From: a virus
Direction: 5' to 3' (one strand)
IMG/VR virus record: IMGVR_UViG_3300025930_000008
Location: 43,023-107,022 of that record
Length of the DNA: 64,000 nucleotides
In this document: positions 5,456 through 15,652 of the stretch, piece by piece
Layout of the letters: each line of letters starts with the position of its first letter
How positions within the stretch are numbered: position 1 is the first letter of the stretch
Notes under the pieces: generated by a model
Told to the model about the DNA's origin: nothing
What the model saw: only the letters and a program-made list of their open reading frames with translations
The model's database searches: none
Translations under genes and position numbers: made by a program

Positions 5456-7136
5456 CGACGCAGCGTTCTTCCGACTCTTCAAAGACCACGCCTTCCTGTT
5501 CACGCGCGACATTATAGCCGACCGCGCTCAAGGGCTGTCCGCCCCGCGCCCCGTCAGGATAGCAGGTCACGCCGCGAAGTCTAGGGAGATAATCATACAA
5601 CATCTTCCCAAAGTCCTCAACTTCATCCGGGTCTGTGATTACATACGGGAGGTTGATCGTGGAGGATATTCCGTGATCGACGTACTGCTGTACGAAGGCT
5701 TGAAACGCAATCCTTTTTTCCACATTGTATGAGAGCGAGTACGCATCTTCAATCTGGTCTGGCGCCACTCCATACTCGTCAACCAATCTCTTTGCGGTGG
5801 GATCAACGACGTACTGGTACTTCCATGTTTTGCCTGACGCCAGGTATCGACGTTTGTACGCCACACAGAAGATCGGTTCAATGCCAGTAGTTGTTTCAGC
5901 GATAATCCCGATTGTGCCTGTTGGAGCAATTGCTCTAGTCTTTGCAGGCCGAGTAAGGTTATGGCGATCTGCCCAATAGTGAGCGTACTCTGTCGCCTTT
6001 GTGTAGTATTCCAACCACTCTGCCAACTCTTCGTTTGGCTCATATGAATAACCTCGCTTGAGCAACCACTCATGAATTCCCATCAGGCCAAGGCCAAGAC
6101 GCCTGTTCTTCTGACGAACAGCGTCAACCTTTTCGTAAGGGACATGACTATAAACCGTGCCTGCTAATAGGAAAAGAGTCGCATGGAATACAGCATCACC
6201 AAAGTCATCTAGGCTATCAAACCGTGCTAGATTTAGACTACCTAAATTACAAATGTCTGAATCATCTGTAGAGGTAACCTCCGTGCAAGCGTTGCGTAGA
6301 GTTTCACCTGCGTTCTCCCCTGTGTCAATAGAGAACCCTGGCTCTGCCGTCTTGAGCATTCGCTTGACCGTAGACGAATAAACATGCACTGCCTGGTCAT
6401 GTAGCTCATGCCAGTCGTTCTCGTATGCTACAAAAAATTCATCGTCTAGAATAATGGATACATTAGTCATATCCAACGTGGCCGGGAAGTTGAAATCCTT
6501 CTCTTTGAGGGCGCGTACCTCTGCGGGCCAGTCCTTAACGCGAATAAACTTAATAGCATCAGGATGGGACCACTTAAGGCCAGCCCAAATAGCAGAACGA
6601 CGACTACCACCCTGCATGATATGACGGCCACACTCATTGACCATTTCCATCAACGAAATAGGACCGGAAGCGAATCCACCAGTGCGCTTGATAGGTTCAC
6701 CCTCTGCACGCACATCAGAATAGTCTATACCGATACCGGCACCTGTCATCAGCGCCATAGACGCCCGGTAGAGTAGGTCAGACCATTCCTCGCGTGAGTC
6801 GCCAGCCTTTAACAACAAACAGTTCTGCGTCTGGTGTAGGTCACGACCTGAGGCGTACAGGTAACGACCACCCGGCATGAACTGCCTGTTCGTAATAAGA
6901 TTCAATACTCGCTGATACTCAGGAGTTGTATGGTCATAATCCAGGGCACCCAAAACATGCTTAGTAACACGCTCTGCTGTGTCCTCCCACGACTCCACTG
7001 GATTGCCGTTTTCGTCCTTCCAAGCGTACTTCTGTTCGTAAATAGATGATGCGAATGGACTCATGTCTACTTCCCGTAGTTCCTTGACTGTTACGGGAAG
7101 TGAGTCCCTCTCTGCTAGTGCCACTGTCGGTTGCAT
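5436..7136 (-). CDS. nrdJ: class II (B12-dependent) ribonucleotide reductase
   Basis: FMPGGR, NC, GG-RRSA, NACTE active site, CNLGSLNL, IAPTGT, C-terminal CVGGAC; no nrdB nearby. Confidence 0.88.
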   Translation of the reverse strand: MQPTVALAERDSLPVTVKELREVDMSPFASSIYEQKYAWKDENGNPVESWEDTAERVTKHVLGALDYDHTTPEYQRVLNLITNRQFMPGGRYLYASGRDLHQTQNCLLLKAGDSREEWSDLLYRASMALMTGAGIGIDYSDVRAEGEPIKRTGGFASGPISLMEMVNECGRHIMQGGSRRSAIWAGLKWSHPDAIKFIRVKDWPAEVRALKEKDFNFPATLDMTNVSIILDDEFFVAYENDWHELHDQAVHVYSSTVKRMLKTAEPGFSIDTGENAGETLRNACTEVTSTDDSDICNLGSLNLARFDSLDDFGDAVFHATLFLLAGTVYSHVPYEKVDAVRQKNRRLGLGLMGIHEWLLKRGYSYEPNEELAEWLEYYTKATEYAHYWADRHNLTRPAKTRAIAPTGTIGIIAETTTGIEPIFCVAYKRRYLASGKTWKYQYVVDPTAKRLVDEYGVAPDQIEDAYSLSYNVEKRIAFQAFVQQYVDHGISSTINLPYVITDPDEVEDFGKMLYDYLPRLRGVTCYPDGARGGQPLSAVGYNVAREQEGVVFEESEERCVGGACGI

Positions 7137-7297
7137 TCCCTTTGTGTTTTAGTCCGTAGACCTTACACGTCGCCCCGGATACGCATGAAGTGGCAAGCCA
7201 GCCATCCAACCTGGGCGTCTGATATCGCGCGCCCACTGGAGCCTTAAGGGTTAACAGGAGAAAGAAAAAGACCCTCTGCTCATATATAAATTTTGTA

Positions 7298-7615
7298 ATG
7301 AACCTACTACTAGACAACCCACAGCTTTGGGTTCTTCTAATTGGAAGTATTGTACCATTAGGAGGGTATCTTCTTAACAAGGTAGGTCCGTGGGTGGACG
7401 AAAGTACAAAAGCTTTTGTTCAGGTACTATTAGCGGCAGTAGCTGCTGCTCTATACACGGCTCTTGATACGGATGTATTTGGTTGGAATGACGACACACT
7501 ACAGTTAGTCCTAACTGGTATAGTTTCTATGTTAGCAGCCCATAAGCTACTATGGAAGCCTGCTAGGGTAAATGAACGTCTTGGAGCTATAGAGGACGTA
7601 CCTGAGGGTAAGTAA
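7298..7615 (+). CDS. putative holin / membrane protein
   Basis: 105 aa, 3 hydrophobic helices, charged C-tail. Confidence 0.6.
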   Translation: MNLLLDNPQLWVLLIGSIVPLGGYLLNKVGPWVDESTKAFVQVLLAAVAAALYTALDTDVFGWNDDTLQLVLTGIVSMLAAHKLLWKPARVNERLGAIEDVPEGK

Positions 7616-7639
7616 CCCAGCGCGCAGGCGAGTAAACGT

Positions 7640-7669
7640 GCGAGGCCCGCTCTAATCGGCGGGTCTTGC
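7640..7669 (+). terminator. hairpin, probable terminator
   Basis: GCGAGGCCCGC...GCGGGTCTTGC after the holin-like gene; weak U tract. Confidence 0.4.
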
Positions 7670-7719
7670 TCGTTCTAGGCAACATTTCCTTGGACCTGGG
7701 CGTTTGAAATCATGAACGG

Positions 7720-8040
7720 ATGACCCAAATCGTTGCTCGCCAACAGTGCCGCTCACTTGACGGCTGGTATCCTTACAAGGCTCAGTCCTCAGCCGATGAG
7801 GACGCACATTACGTTGTCCATGTGAACCCTTGGGCTAATCGTAGTGAACAACATGTATGTGAATGTAAGGGTTACCAGTATCGTGGCCGCTGTCGGCATC
7901 AAAAGGAAGCTCACCTAGATCATTGCGGCTGGAATGAAGTGGATAGTGAGATTCAACAGACTCCTGAGGAAGCAAAGAATCGTATCTGTCCTGAGTGTGG
8001 TGGTCCAACCCACTATGCAATGTGGGAAGTAGATGAATGA
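7720..8040 (+). CDS. SWIM zinc-finger protein
   Basis: CECKGYQYRGRCRH (CxC..CxH) plus C-terminal CPECGG. Confidence 0.8.
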   Translation: MTQIVARQQCRSLDGWYPYKAQSSADEDAHYVVHVNPWANRSEQHVCECKGYQYRGRCRHQKEAHLDHCGWNEVDSEIQQTPEEAKNRICPECGGPTHYAMWEVDE

Positions 8041-8587
8041 AGAGACTAAACAACTAGGTGAGGCGTACCGTCAGTGGAAAGATGCTGAGAAATCTAAGAA
8101 CGTGGCTAGAGACAAGTTCTTCCGGGCGGTCACTGAGGAATTGGAGCAGGAGATTCCGCCACAGGTGGTTGAGCGCGTCGAAGCCAGCGATGATGAGCAG
8201 GCGTTACGTATTGCTCAGCGTCGGTTTGTTCGTCACCGCGTTGTTGATGTGGCTCGCGTTAGTGATACGGAATACGACGTTATCCTAGAGGAAGATGCAA
8301 GCCTCCGTCCGTATTCTTATATTAACCGGGATGATGGAACAGTATACCGACGCATCATATCTGAGGGAACGCCGATTCTTGATGATGAGGCATTACGCGA
8401 TGAGTCACCCGAGCTTTGGGAGGCTATCACTGAGGAAGTGGTTGAAAGGAAACTCAAACCCTTGGATAAGCTAACCCCTGAGGAAACAGAGGCGTTGCGG
8501 CCCTACATAGCCATGCCCAAGCCACAGGTAAAGTTAGGTGCCCCCCGAAAGGCTACGCAAGAGGAACTAGATGGAGCAGAAGAGTAA
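8033..8587 (+). CDS. hypothetical protein
   Basis: 184-aa acidic ORF overlapping both neighbours. Confidence 0.8.
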   Translation: MNEETKQLGEAYRQWKDAEKSKNVARDKFFRAVTEELEQEIPPQVVERVEASDDEQALRIAQRRFVRHRVVDVARVSDTEYDVILEEDASLRPYSYINRDDGTVYRRIISEGTPILDDEALRDESPELWEAITEEVVERKLKPLDKLTPEETEALRPYIAMPKPQVKLGAPRKATQEELDGAEE

Positions 8588-8720
8588 GTTCGTTGCTGGT
8601 ATCACTTGTGGAAGGCTCAGATTCCGGGAGCCAATCATTTCTATACCAGCAGACGAGATTGAGCAATTGATATGCGAACTACAACAGACCCAAAAAACTT
8701 CCGATTCCACTTCACGGTAA
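8571..8720 (+). CDS. possible 49-aa protein
   Basis: MEQKSKFVAGITCGRLRFREPII...; GAGGA upstream; fills the gap. Confidence 0.35.
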   Translation: MEQKSKFVAGITCGRLRFREPIISIPADEIEQLICELQQTQKTSDSTSR

Positions 8721-9010
8721 CGGACCTTGCACGATTTCTCGGTAAATCTCCCGTCACGCTTCGGCATTGGGAACGGCAAGGTCTTGTGGTATTTCCAAGG
8801 GACACAAACGGGGACCGTAAGCTGTCAACTCAAGATGTTAGATATATGGCACGAATTGCCGCGAACCTGGGTCGTATCACAGAGGAACGTAAGAACTTGG
8901 TTGAAGCAACCATCACAATGTTGCAGTTAGTTGAACAGGAGAATGATGATAAAGGTAGCATTATTGGGAGCGCCGTCGTCGGGCAAAACGGACACGGCAC
9001 AGGACATTAG
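8672..9010 (+). CDS. MerR-like HTH DNA-binding protein
   Basis: FTVTDLARFLGKSPVTLRHWERQGLV..PRD.NGDR. Confidence 0.85.
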   Translation: MRTTTDPKNFRFHFTVTDLARFLGKSPVTLRHWERQGLVVFPRDTNGDRKLSTQDVRYMARIAANLGRITEERKNLVEATITMLQLVEQENDDKGSIIGSAVVGQNGHGTGH

Positions 9011-9542
9011 TAATGGATTGCACGACCGCACCGTCAGCATATGCGACGAGTACGTTGCCGACATTGAAGAACGCTCAGACAATACTCTCGGACACTTTGC
9101 CACTTATCTGGGAAACCTACAGGTGGGCATCGGACGTTGGGAACGCGAGCGTCAATTGGTACGCGACTTCAAGCCTGACATTCTTATCACTTGCGGAACC
9201 GTGGTGGAGACTGTCGTCTACGAAGCGCTGAACGCGCTCACGATGGCAAGCCTCAATGGCGACTCTCTCACGCTCCGCGAGGTACAGAATAACAAGCGCG
9301 CGTCGGTAACCCTGACCGCGTTGAGTATCATAGCCCATGACACCTGGGACTATGACTATGCGTATTATCTACCGTTAGTAGACTGTGATGACCAACGTCA
9401 TCAGGCAGTAGATAAACACATTCTAGAATCAGCAAGCGCTCTGGAAGTACCAGTCAAGCAAGTAGACCAGGCAGCAGTAGCTACCATAGTACAGGATATT
9501 ATCGCGCATGAGCAAGCTGAAACTCCCGCATCTGACCAGTAG
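8943..9542 (+). CDS. P-loop NTPase / nucleotide kinase-like (AAA_28/NadR-like)
   Basis: N-terminal KVALLGAPSSGKT; YDY.YYLP motif. Confidence 0.7.
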   Translation: MMIKVALLGAPSSGKTDTAQDISNGLHDRTVSICDEYVADIEERSDNTLGHFATYLGNLQVGIGRWERERQLVRDFKPDILITCGTVVETVVYEALNALTMASLNGDSLTLREVQNNKRASVTLTALSIIAHDTWDYDYAYYLPLVDCDDQRHQAVDKHILESASALEVPVKQVDQAAVATIVQDIIAHEQAETPASDQ

Positions 9543-10305
9543 CCAGTTTGCGGAGATAGAACAGCGAGCGAGGCTGTCGGGTATTCACCCGGATACGTGC
9601 CCAACGTGCGGGTCAGTCGCAGACGAGTGGGGCGAGCGCGAAAACGGAGTTTTCACGTTCAATGATGTCACTCAAAAGTGCGACTGTCAAGACCAGATCA
9701 TGCTTCGTAAGCATTATCTACTGGCGAACATACCCGATCAGTACATGCGCCTGGATTGGGAGCGAGACTATAAGGGCGATGCTAATGCGAAGATCGCCGT
9801 GGATAGTTTCCTATCCAACTGGCCTCAGTACAAGCTGTACGGTATGGGCCTAGAGCTAGGTGGCCCACTCGGCGTAGGTAAGACGTTCGCCGCCACAACT
9901 ATAGCGCGCGAGTTGGTAAAGCGTGGTGAAGATGTTTTCTTCTTACCTTTCAACCAGATGCTTTACGCGATACGACACGACGAACGAGCCGTACTAGCCA
10001 GGATGAATGAATCGAATGTTCTGGTATTGGATGAGATACAGGCTCCACCCAACGATTCACTACGGAACGTGATGGAAAACCATTTTGAATCAGTCGTTCG
10101 AAATCGGACAAACTACAATGGGGTAACCATTTTGACAACAAATCTTTCCGAGAAGGATATGCAGGTCCATTACTCCCGTTCATACAGTCTATTAGCGGCG
10201 AAAGAAGTGCGGGTTGAAATATCTGGTGATGATGTGCGGAAGCGTGCAATAGGACAAGAGAATCTTGCTCGACTACTGAGCGGTCAACAGGCCCCGATTT
10301 CATGA
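9508..10305 (+). CDS. DnaC/IstB-like helicase loader
   Basis: N-terminal CxxC..CxC, Walker A GPLGVGKT, Walker B LVLDEI, ILTTN. Confidence 0.85.
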   Translation: MSKLKLPHLTSSQFAEIEQRARLSGIHPDTCPTCGSVADEWGERENGVFTFNDVTQKCDCQDQIMLRKHYLLANIPDQYMRLDWERDYKGDANAKIAVDSFLSNWPQYKLYGMGLELGGPLGVGKTFAATTIARELVKRGEDVFFLPFNQMLYAIRHDERAVLARMNESNVLVLDEIQAPPNDSLRNVMENHFESVVRNRTNYNGVTILTTNLSEKDMQVHYSRSYSLLAAKEVRVEISGDDVRKRAIGQENLARLLSGQQAPIS

Positions 10306-11534
10306 CTGTTCTAGACCTTGATTTGGAGTTGATGTTCCATCTTACGGACCCAGCGTCGTGGCAGGTCATCCGTGATGAGCATTTTAATCCCGTACTGCTT
10401 GAAGATAATCTCGTTGCATCGGTCTATGAATTCTGCCGTACTCATTTCAATGAACAGGGGGCCTTGCCGAATGCGCTCGTCATCGAGGAAGAATTTAAGA
10501 GTCACGGTGTAACTCTTGAGCCATCCAAGGTGGCTATTGGGGATTTGATTCAACGCCTGCGCAATCGCTACGCTACTAATCAGGGTAGACATGCCATCTT
10601 GGATATTACGAACAAGACGATCAATGACCCAACTCAACTCGCTAAGGCTATGTTGGAGGAAGGGAATCGCCTCCACCGATTGCTTACCCCACGGGGTAAG
10701 GCGTTCAACGCCGATGACTACGGCAAAGCCATAGAACGCTATCACAAAAGTGTCGTGGCTGGGCGAGGACCATCGTTGGGGTTCGTTGAACTGGACGATT
10801 ACTTCTACGGACAACGTGGCCTCACTTTCATGGTTGGTGCGCCTAAGTCATTCAAGTCGTGGTTCACTGTCAAGGCTGTGTTAGAGAATGTCAAGAACGG
10901 TGGCAGTCCATACCTCTACAGCCTTGAGCTACCGGCTGAGGAAACGGATATGCGGCTGCGGTGTCTCGCGGCAGATGTACCTTACTGGAAGTACCTACAG
11001 CATCAGCTAGACAAGCAAGACATTCAGGCTATTGAGGAGCACTCAGAGATACTAGCAGGCTTCGGCAACGTCACTATTGATAAGCCACAACAGGGTGACC
11101 GCTCCGTGGACAGTATCATTGGCCGTGCCCGTGATGCTGGTGCTGACTGTATCTTTGTCGATCAGTTGCAGTATGTTGAAAACCGCAAGGGGATCGCTGT
11201 TGGTGCGACTAATGACACCAAAGATTATTTCGAAGTCATCAATGACCTCAGAGATTTCTCCGACGATGGTCCCATCTGGTGTGTCCATCAGTTCAATCGC
11301 TCCGTCCTGAACTCTGACTCGATGCCCGAAATGCAGCAGATCAAAGGGTCTGCCGCCGTGGAGGAATGCTCAACTCTAGCACTTGGCCTCTGGTCTAACA
11401 AGGAAATGCGCAAATCGAATCTCCTGCACCTAGGAGTGCTTACCGCCCGCAACTTTGGATACAAGACCTGGGAGGCTCAGGTTAGAATGCGTACTGGTTG
11501 TAACATCAATGTCATTGGCGAGGTAACAGAATGA
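10302..11534 (+). CDS. dnaB: DnaB-like replicative helicase
   Basis: GAPKSFKS, SLEL, FVDQLQ, QFNR, KGS motifs. Confidence 0.85.
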   Translation: MTVLDLDLELMFHLTDPASWQVIRDEHFNPVLLEDNLVASVYEFCRTHFNEQGALPNALVIEEEFKSHGVTLEPSKVAIGDLIQRLRNRYATNQGRHAILDITNKTINDPTQLAKAMLEEGNRLHRLLTPRGKAFNADDYGKAIERYHKSVVAGRGPSLGFVELDDYFYGQRGLTFMVGAPKSFKSWFTVKAVLENVKNGGSPYLYSLELPAEETDMRLRCLAADVPYWKYLQHQLDKQDIQAIEEHSEILAGFGNVTIDKPQQGDRSVDSIIGRARDAGADCIFVDQLQYVENRKGIAVGATNDTKDYFEVINDLRDFSDDGPIWCVHQFNRSVLNSDSMPEMQQIKGSAAVEECSTLALGLWSNKEMRKSNLLHLGVLTARNFGYKTWEAQVRMRTGCNINVIGEVTE

Positions 11535-12055
11535 TCTACGGCGACTCAATAGAACTAATGCGTATGATGGACGTAGGTAGTGTGGACTTTGTGTTAGCTG
11601 ATCCACCATACAGTGACCATGAAACTATTGACCTGGGTATCTACTATGCCCGCGCCATCTGTAAGGGACCATCACTGTTCTTTATGTATCCTGAGGACTT
11701 GTGTCGCCTAGAGGAACCACCCGATCAGGTCATCCACTGGATCAAGCCACCTAGTACCAAGAATACAGTGCGTAGATACTCACGCTTTGTTGAGGCTATC
11801 GCATGTTATGACCTAGATCAGAGTCCGTTCAATCAGGACACGCATTGGACGACCCGGACAGGCGTGTTCAATGACAGTTTCGCTGCCAAGCAAGTCCATC
11901 CTTTTGAGAAGCCAGCCAGCCTACTTGAAAAGCTACTGGTTGTCCACTCTAAGCCAGGGGACTTGGTTCTCGATCCTTTTGCCGGATCCGGTTCGGTTGA
12001 AAAGGTCTGTAATCGCATCGGTCGTAAATGTCTATCCATTGAAATCAAACCATGA
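11531..12055 (+). CDS. N4/N6 DNA methyltransferase (beta class, compact)
   Basis: DPPY before HP.EKP and VLDPFAGSGS. Confidence 0.88.
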   Translation: MIYGDSIELMRMMDVGSVDFVLADPPYSDHETIDLGIYYARAICKGPSLFFMYPEDLCRLEEPPDQVIHWIKPPSTKNTVRRYSRFVEAIACYDLDQSPFNQDTHWTTRTGVFNDSFAAKQVHPFEKPASLLEKLLVVHSKPGDLVLDPFAGSGSVEKVCNRIGRKCLSIEIKP

Positions 12056-12729
12056 GTCAGTATGTAGTATTCCATCCGTATGGCACTGTTGATCTAGAGG
12101 CTTCGCATGCCTCAGATTTATCAGTGGTCAACGCTGCCCGCGTATCTTTTGCCAAACACAGCCGTTTCTACTCGGACACCGACGCTAGGGTCCTACGGTT
12201 CTTGATGAAGGAAAAGCACGGTACGCCCTTTGAGCATAATTATTTCAGATGGCGTGTACGTGCGCCTATGATTGTTTTCTGGGAGTGGGTACGGCATCGT
12301 ATGGCCTCCTACAACGTGGAATCAGCACGGTATGTGGAAATGCGTCCGCACTTTTACTATCCAGATGAGGCGCGTATTCAAAAGGGCAGGCCAGGAGACT
12401 ACTGGTTTGAGTCAGGGACAGGAGAGCAGACCAAATGGTTACAGAAGGAACTATCAGAGCATTCGCAACAGGGGTTCGACCTCTACCTAGAAGCAATCGA
12501 CCGGGGAATTGCCAAAGAGCAGGCCCGTCTGTTCGTGCCTCCAAATCTCTACGTAGAGTTTTATTTCTCCTGCAACGCCCGCAGCCTCATGAACTTCCTG
12601 TCCCTGCGTAATGACACTCATGCTATGTATGAGATACGCAAGTATGCTATCGCTCTAGAGTATCTATGGGGCGAGATAATGCCAGACACTAAGAAGGCAT
12701 TCGTAGAACATGGTCGCATTGCACCTTAA
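12052..12729 (+). CDS. thyX: flavin-dependent thymidylate synthase
   Basis: AARVS, HGTPFEH, RHRMASYNVESARY, EQAR, EIR. Confidence 0.95.
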   Translation: MSQYVVFHPYGTVDLEASHASDLSVVNAARVSFAKHSRFYSDTDARVLRFLMKEKHGTPFEHNYFRWRVRAPMIVFWEWVRHRMASYNVESARYVEMRPHFYYPDEARIQKGRPGDYWFESGTGEQTKWLQKELSEHSQQGFDLYLEAIDRGIAKEQARLFVPPNLYVEFYFSCNARSLMNFLSLRNDTHAMYEIRKYAIALEYLWGEIMPDTKKAFVEHGRIAP

Positions 12730-13714
12730 ATGGGATGACATATACCCTCGTATAGATTGGGAGAAACTATACGATGAACTTGGATGGGAGCCAATCTACA
12801 CCCGAGGGGACGAAGATAAGGGGTACTGTCTCATGCCCCAAAACCATACCCACGGAGACTCCACGGGAAAACTGGCTATCAACCGAGCGAAGGGACTCTA
12901 CAATTGTTGGGTATGTGGTGGAGGCACTGTGGTACAGCTTGTCAGTGCTGTACGTTCTCTATCTGCTCAAGATAGTTTGAAGTACCTTTCACAGTTTGTT
13001 GATTCAAGCACTAAAGAGTCAACAGATGAATTCACGACTCGCGTCGCAAGACTATTGGCGAAGGAAACGGAATCACCACGCCGCGTGTCGCCGCCGGTAT
13101 TCAACCCTAACGTACTCAAAGACTGGCAAACGCCCCATGAGTGGTTTGATTCCCGACATATTCGTGATGGAGTACGTCAAAGTTTCCAAGCGGGGTTTGA
13201 CCCTGTGGCTAGACGGTACTCCCCGGAACACGGAACATACGAAGGTCCGGGAATCATACTTCCCCATTTTTGGGGTGGCTCATTGGTTGGATGGCAAACT
13301 AGATGGCTGGACGGTAAGCCCAAGTGGCTCCCTAAGTACACGAACACTACTGATTTTCCACGCGAGACAACTTTATGGGGATACGATAGTGCAGCAACAT
13401 CTGAACATGCGCCGGTTATTGTGGAGTCCGTCCCAACAGCCCTCTACCTAATCTCCGAGGGTTACCCGGCAATTGCGACGTTCGGAGCGCAGATCACAGA
13501 GGCCCAACTGCGCCATTTGAGACAATTTCAACAGGGCGTAATTCTCGCCCCGGACAACGACTCTGCTGGTAGAAAGTGGCTCGATACGACCACTAAATAC
13601 TTGGAGAGATTTATTCCTGTCAATAGCGTAGGCCCCGTCGAAGGTGAAGGCGCGGACCTAGGTGACTTACAACCAACTCAATTACAATGGCATTTAGAAA
13701 ATACCAAAAAGTAG
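12710..13714 (+). CDS. dnaG: DNA primase (Zn-finger plus TOPRIM)
   Basis: C..H...CWVC, IVES, ATFG, DNDSAG, DLGD. Confidence 0.9.
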   Translation: MVALHLKWDDIYPRIDWEKLYDELGWEPIYTRGDEDKGYCLMPQNHTHGDSTGKLAINRAKGLYNCWVCGGGTVVQLVSAVRSLSAQDSLKYLSQFVDSSTKESTDEFTTRVARLLAKETESPRRVSPPVFNPNVLKDWQTPHEWFDSRHIRDGVRQSFQAGFDPVARRYSPEHGTYEGPGIILPHFWGGSLVGWQTRWLDGKPKWLPKYTNTTDFPRETTLWGYDSAATSEHAPVIVESVPTALYLISEGYPAIATFGAQITEAQLRHLRQFQQGVILAPDNDSAGRKWLDTTTKYLERFIPVNSVGPVEGEGADLGDLQPTQLQWHLENTKK

Positions 13715-13854
13715 AAAAGCACGATGTCGTGAGTCCTGAGGGCCACGACGCAATTGCGGACGAACTCCGTAAAACCGGCAAGACAAGCGTGTCGGAAATG
13801 ACCTCTGCTGAGAAAGAGCAGACTATCAAGCGTCTGGACAACGATGAGAGTTAG
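13687..13854 (+). CDS. hypothetical protein (55 aa)
   Basis: MAFRKYQKVEKHDVVSPEGHDAIADELRKTGKTSVSEMT...; not in the ORF track. Confidence 0.6.
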   Translation: MAFRKYQKVEKHDVVSPEGHDAIADELRKTGKTSVSEMTSAEKEQTIKRLDNDES

Positions 13855-13987
13855 AGCGCAAGCATCCCTTCTTGTCGTTGGAACATTTGCCACTGGACAA
13901 ACGGCGTTGCCACGACTTGAAGTGGCATCGAGTCTCCCGGTCGGCACCTTTGCCACCGGGCAAGCGGTCAACCTGACCGTTCTGTAG
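13844..13987 (+). CDS. 47-aa peptide with two VGTFATGQ repeats
   Basis: The repeats differ only at synonymous sites; not in the ORF track. Confidence 0.65.
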   Translation: MRVRAQASLLVVGTFATGQTALPRLEVASSLPVGTFATGQAVNLTVL

Positions 13988-14035
13988 TCTTTAGACATAC
14001 GCAAAACACAAGCTGCCAAGCAGCTTTACAAGCAC

Positions 14036-14968
14036 ATGGAGAATTACATGCCCGAGTTTAGGCGTGGTATTGCAGGTATGCAGTCGAACAACGGTTCCGG
14101 GGGCAAGCAGTTCCCGGCCTTCTGCCCAGAAATCAGGTGGCAGAATGACCGTGAAGAGAAGTTCATCCTATTTCTCAACACGATTGATGACATTCCAACC
14201 GTCGAGCTTCACACATTCATCCCGGTTGGAACTACTAAGAGCGGCAAGACAAAGTACGACCAGTTTATCTCCCGTCGTGATCCGGCAATTGGAGAGTCTG
14301 CTGATGATTTGTCAGACCGTTTGGGTCGTAAAGCTGTGGCTAGGGCTTTAGCAGTCGCAGTTGAACTAGAGCCTAAGTACAAGATGGTCAACGGTAAGCG
14401 CCGTCCGACTGGCTTTGAGGTAAAGACTGAAACCTTTACCCGTAAGACCGAGGAAGGTGGCACTGAGGACGTTGAGGCTCCGCTCGTCGGCCTGGTAGTA
14501 CAGTCGCCGTACAATTTCTACGGCTGGCTTGGCTCATTCAGTGAGTCCACTGGAACCATTGAGGACACTCCGTTCCAGATCATCCGTCGTGGTAAGGATG
14601 CAAAGACCACGTACGATTTCATGCCGTTCCTTGACCAAGAGGTTGACTTTACTAATCTCATTAGTCTTGTAGGAAACGTTAGCTACCTCCGTGGTGAAGT
14701 AGATAAGCTTCCTTCTGACGACAAGGAAGCGGCTCTCCGTATTGGTGAAGTAATGCTAGAGAAGCGTCTATCAGAACTTACCGATAAGGACCGCTACACG
14801 GAATTGGTCACTCCTATTCAGGAGATTGAAGATCGGTTCGGTGGTAGCGGCGGTCAGACTAGGATTGAACCTAAGGCTGACGCACAGGCAATGGTCACCC
14901 CGACCAATGGTACGACTAACGGCTCAGATAAGTTTGAGCAGCTAAGAAAGATGCACGAAGGGGTCTAA
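14036..14968 (+). CDS. putative ssDNA-binding protein (gp32-like)
   Basis: IIRRGKDAKTTYDF motif, size and position in the replication operon. Confidence 0.6.
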   Translation: MENYMPEFRRGIAGMQSNNGSGGKQFPAFCPEIRWQNDREEKFILFLNTIDDIPTVELHTFIPVGTTKSGKTKYDQFISRRDPAIGESADDLSDRLGRKAVARALAVAVELEPKYKMVNGKRRPTGFEVKTETFTRKTEEGGTEDVEAPLVGLVVQSPYNFYGWLGSFSESTGTIEDTPFQIIRRGKDAKTTYDFMPFLDQEVDFTNLISLVGNVSYLRGEVDKLPSDDKEAALRIGEVMLEKRLSELTDKDRYTELVTPIQEIEDRFGGSGGQTRIEPKADAQAMVTPTNGTTNGSDKFEQLRKMHEGV

Positions 14969-15234
14969 TGTATACAGTTGACACTGAGTCTGTCGAGTAT
15001 GCCTTCGACCATCTGATGAATGTTGCTCAGATTCACGCTGACAACGATTCTATGGCAGAGATTGCCAGCGCCCTTAAGCTAGTACATCAGGGCCTTGGCA
15101 TGACTGAGGAAGCTACTGATGCGGTCTTTACGGGCATTGCGAAAATGTCTCCCGAACTAGACAAAGCATCGTGGATGGTACTTGGTGTCATCATCGGGTT
15201 AGCGGCAGCACAACATGGCGCTGAATCCGAGTAG
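14968..15234 (+). CDS. hypothetical protein
   Basis: TAATG-coupled 88-aa ORF. Confidence 0.7.
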   Translation: MYTVDTESVEYAFDHLMNVAQIHADNDSMAEIASALKLVHQGLGMTEEATDAVFTGIAKMSPELDKASWMVLGVIIGLAAAQHGAESE

Positions 15235-15652
15235 TGGACTCTTAGTCTACACAGACGGCGCTTATAGCGCACGGGGACCAGGCGGTTGGAGTTGGGTAGC
15301 GGTAGATGCTTTTGGCGGGGAGCAATTCTCGTCAGGGCATATACCGCCCCCGACTACCAATAACCGTGCTGAACTTGTGGCTGTGTACGCAGCCCTTGAT
15401 GACTTACATGCCAAGTATGGGCCAATTGAATTAGAGATAGTAAGCGACAGTATCTATGTCGTCAAAGGTGCAACCTATCCAGAGCGTGCGCGCAACGTCA
15501 ATCGTGACCTATGGGATAGAGTTGACCGGGGCATAGAGAAACATGCTTACGTCCAATTCAGGCACATACCAGGCCATGTGGGAGTGAAGTACAACGAACT
15601 GGCAGATACCCTGGCAGTTGAAGCAAAGAGGAAATCAACCTATGTCTATTAG
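15215..15652 (+). CDS. rnhA: ribonuclease HI
   Basis: YTDGA..GPGGW, TNNRAEL, SDS.YV, N.DLW, GH.G..YNELAD. Confidence 0.93.
   Translation: MALNPSSGLLVYTDGAYSARGPGGWSWVAVDAFGGEQFSSGHIPPPTTNNRAELVAVYAALDDLHAKYGPIELEIVSDSIYVVKGATYPERARNVNRDLWDRVDRGIEKHAYVQFRHIPGHVGVKYNELADTLAVEAKRKSTYVY

Noticed and set aside
13678-14019. Minus-strand 113-aa ORF with a CPVA.VPT repeat
   Set aside because: It is the antisense shadow of the plus-strand VGTFATGQ peptide gene in a plus-strand operon.
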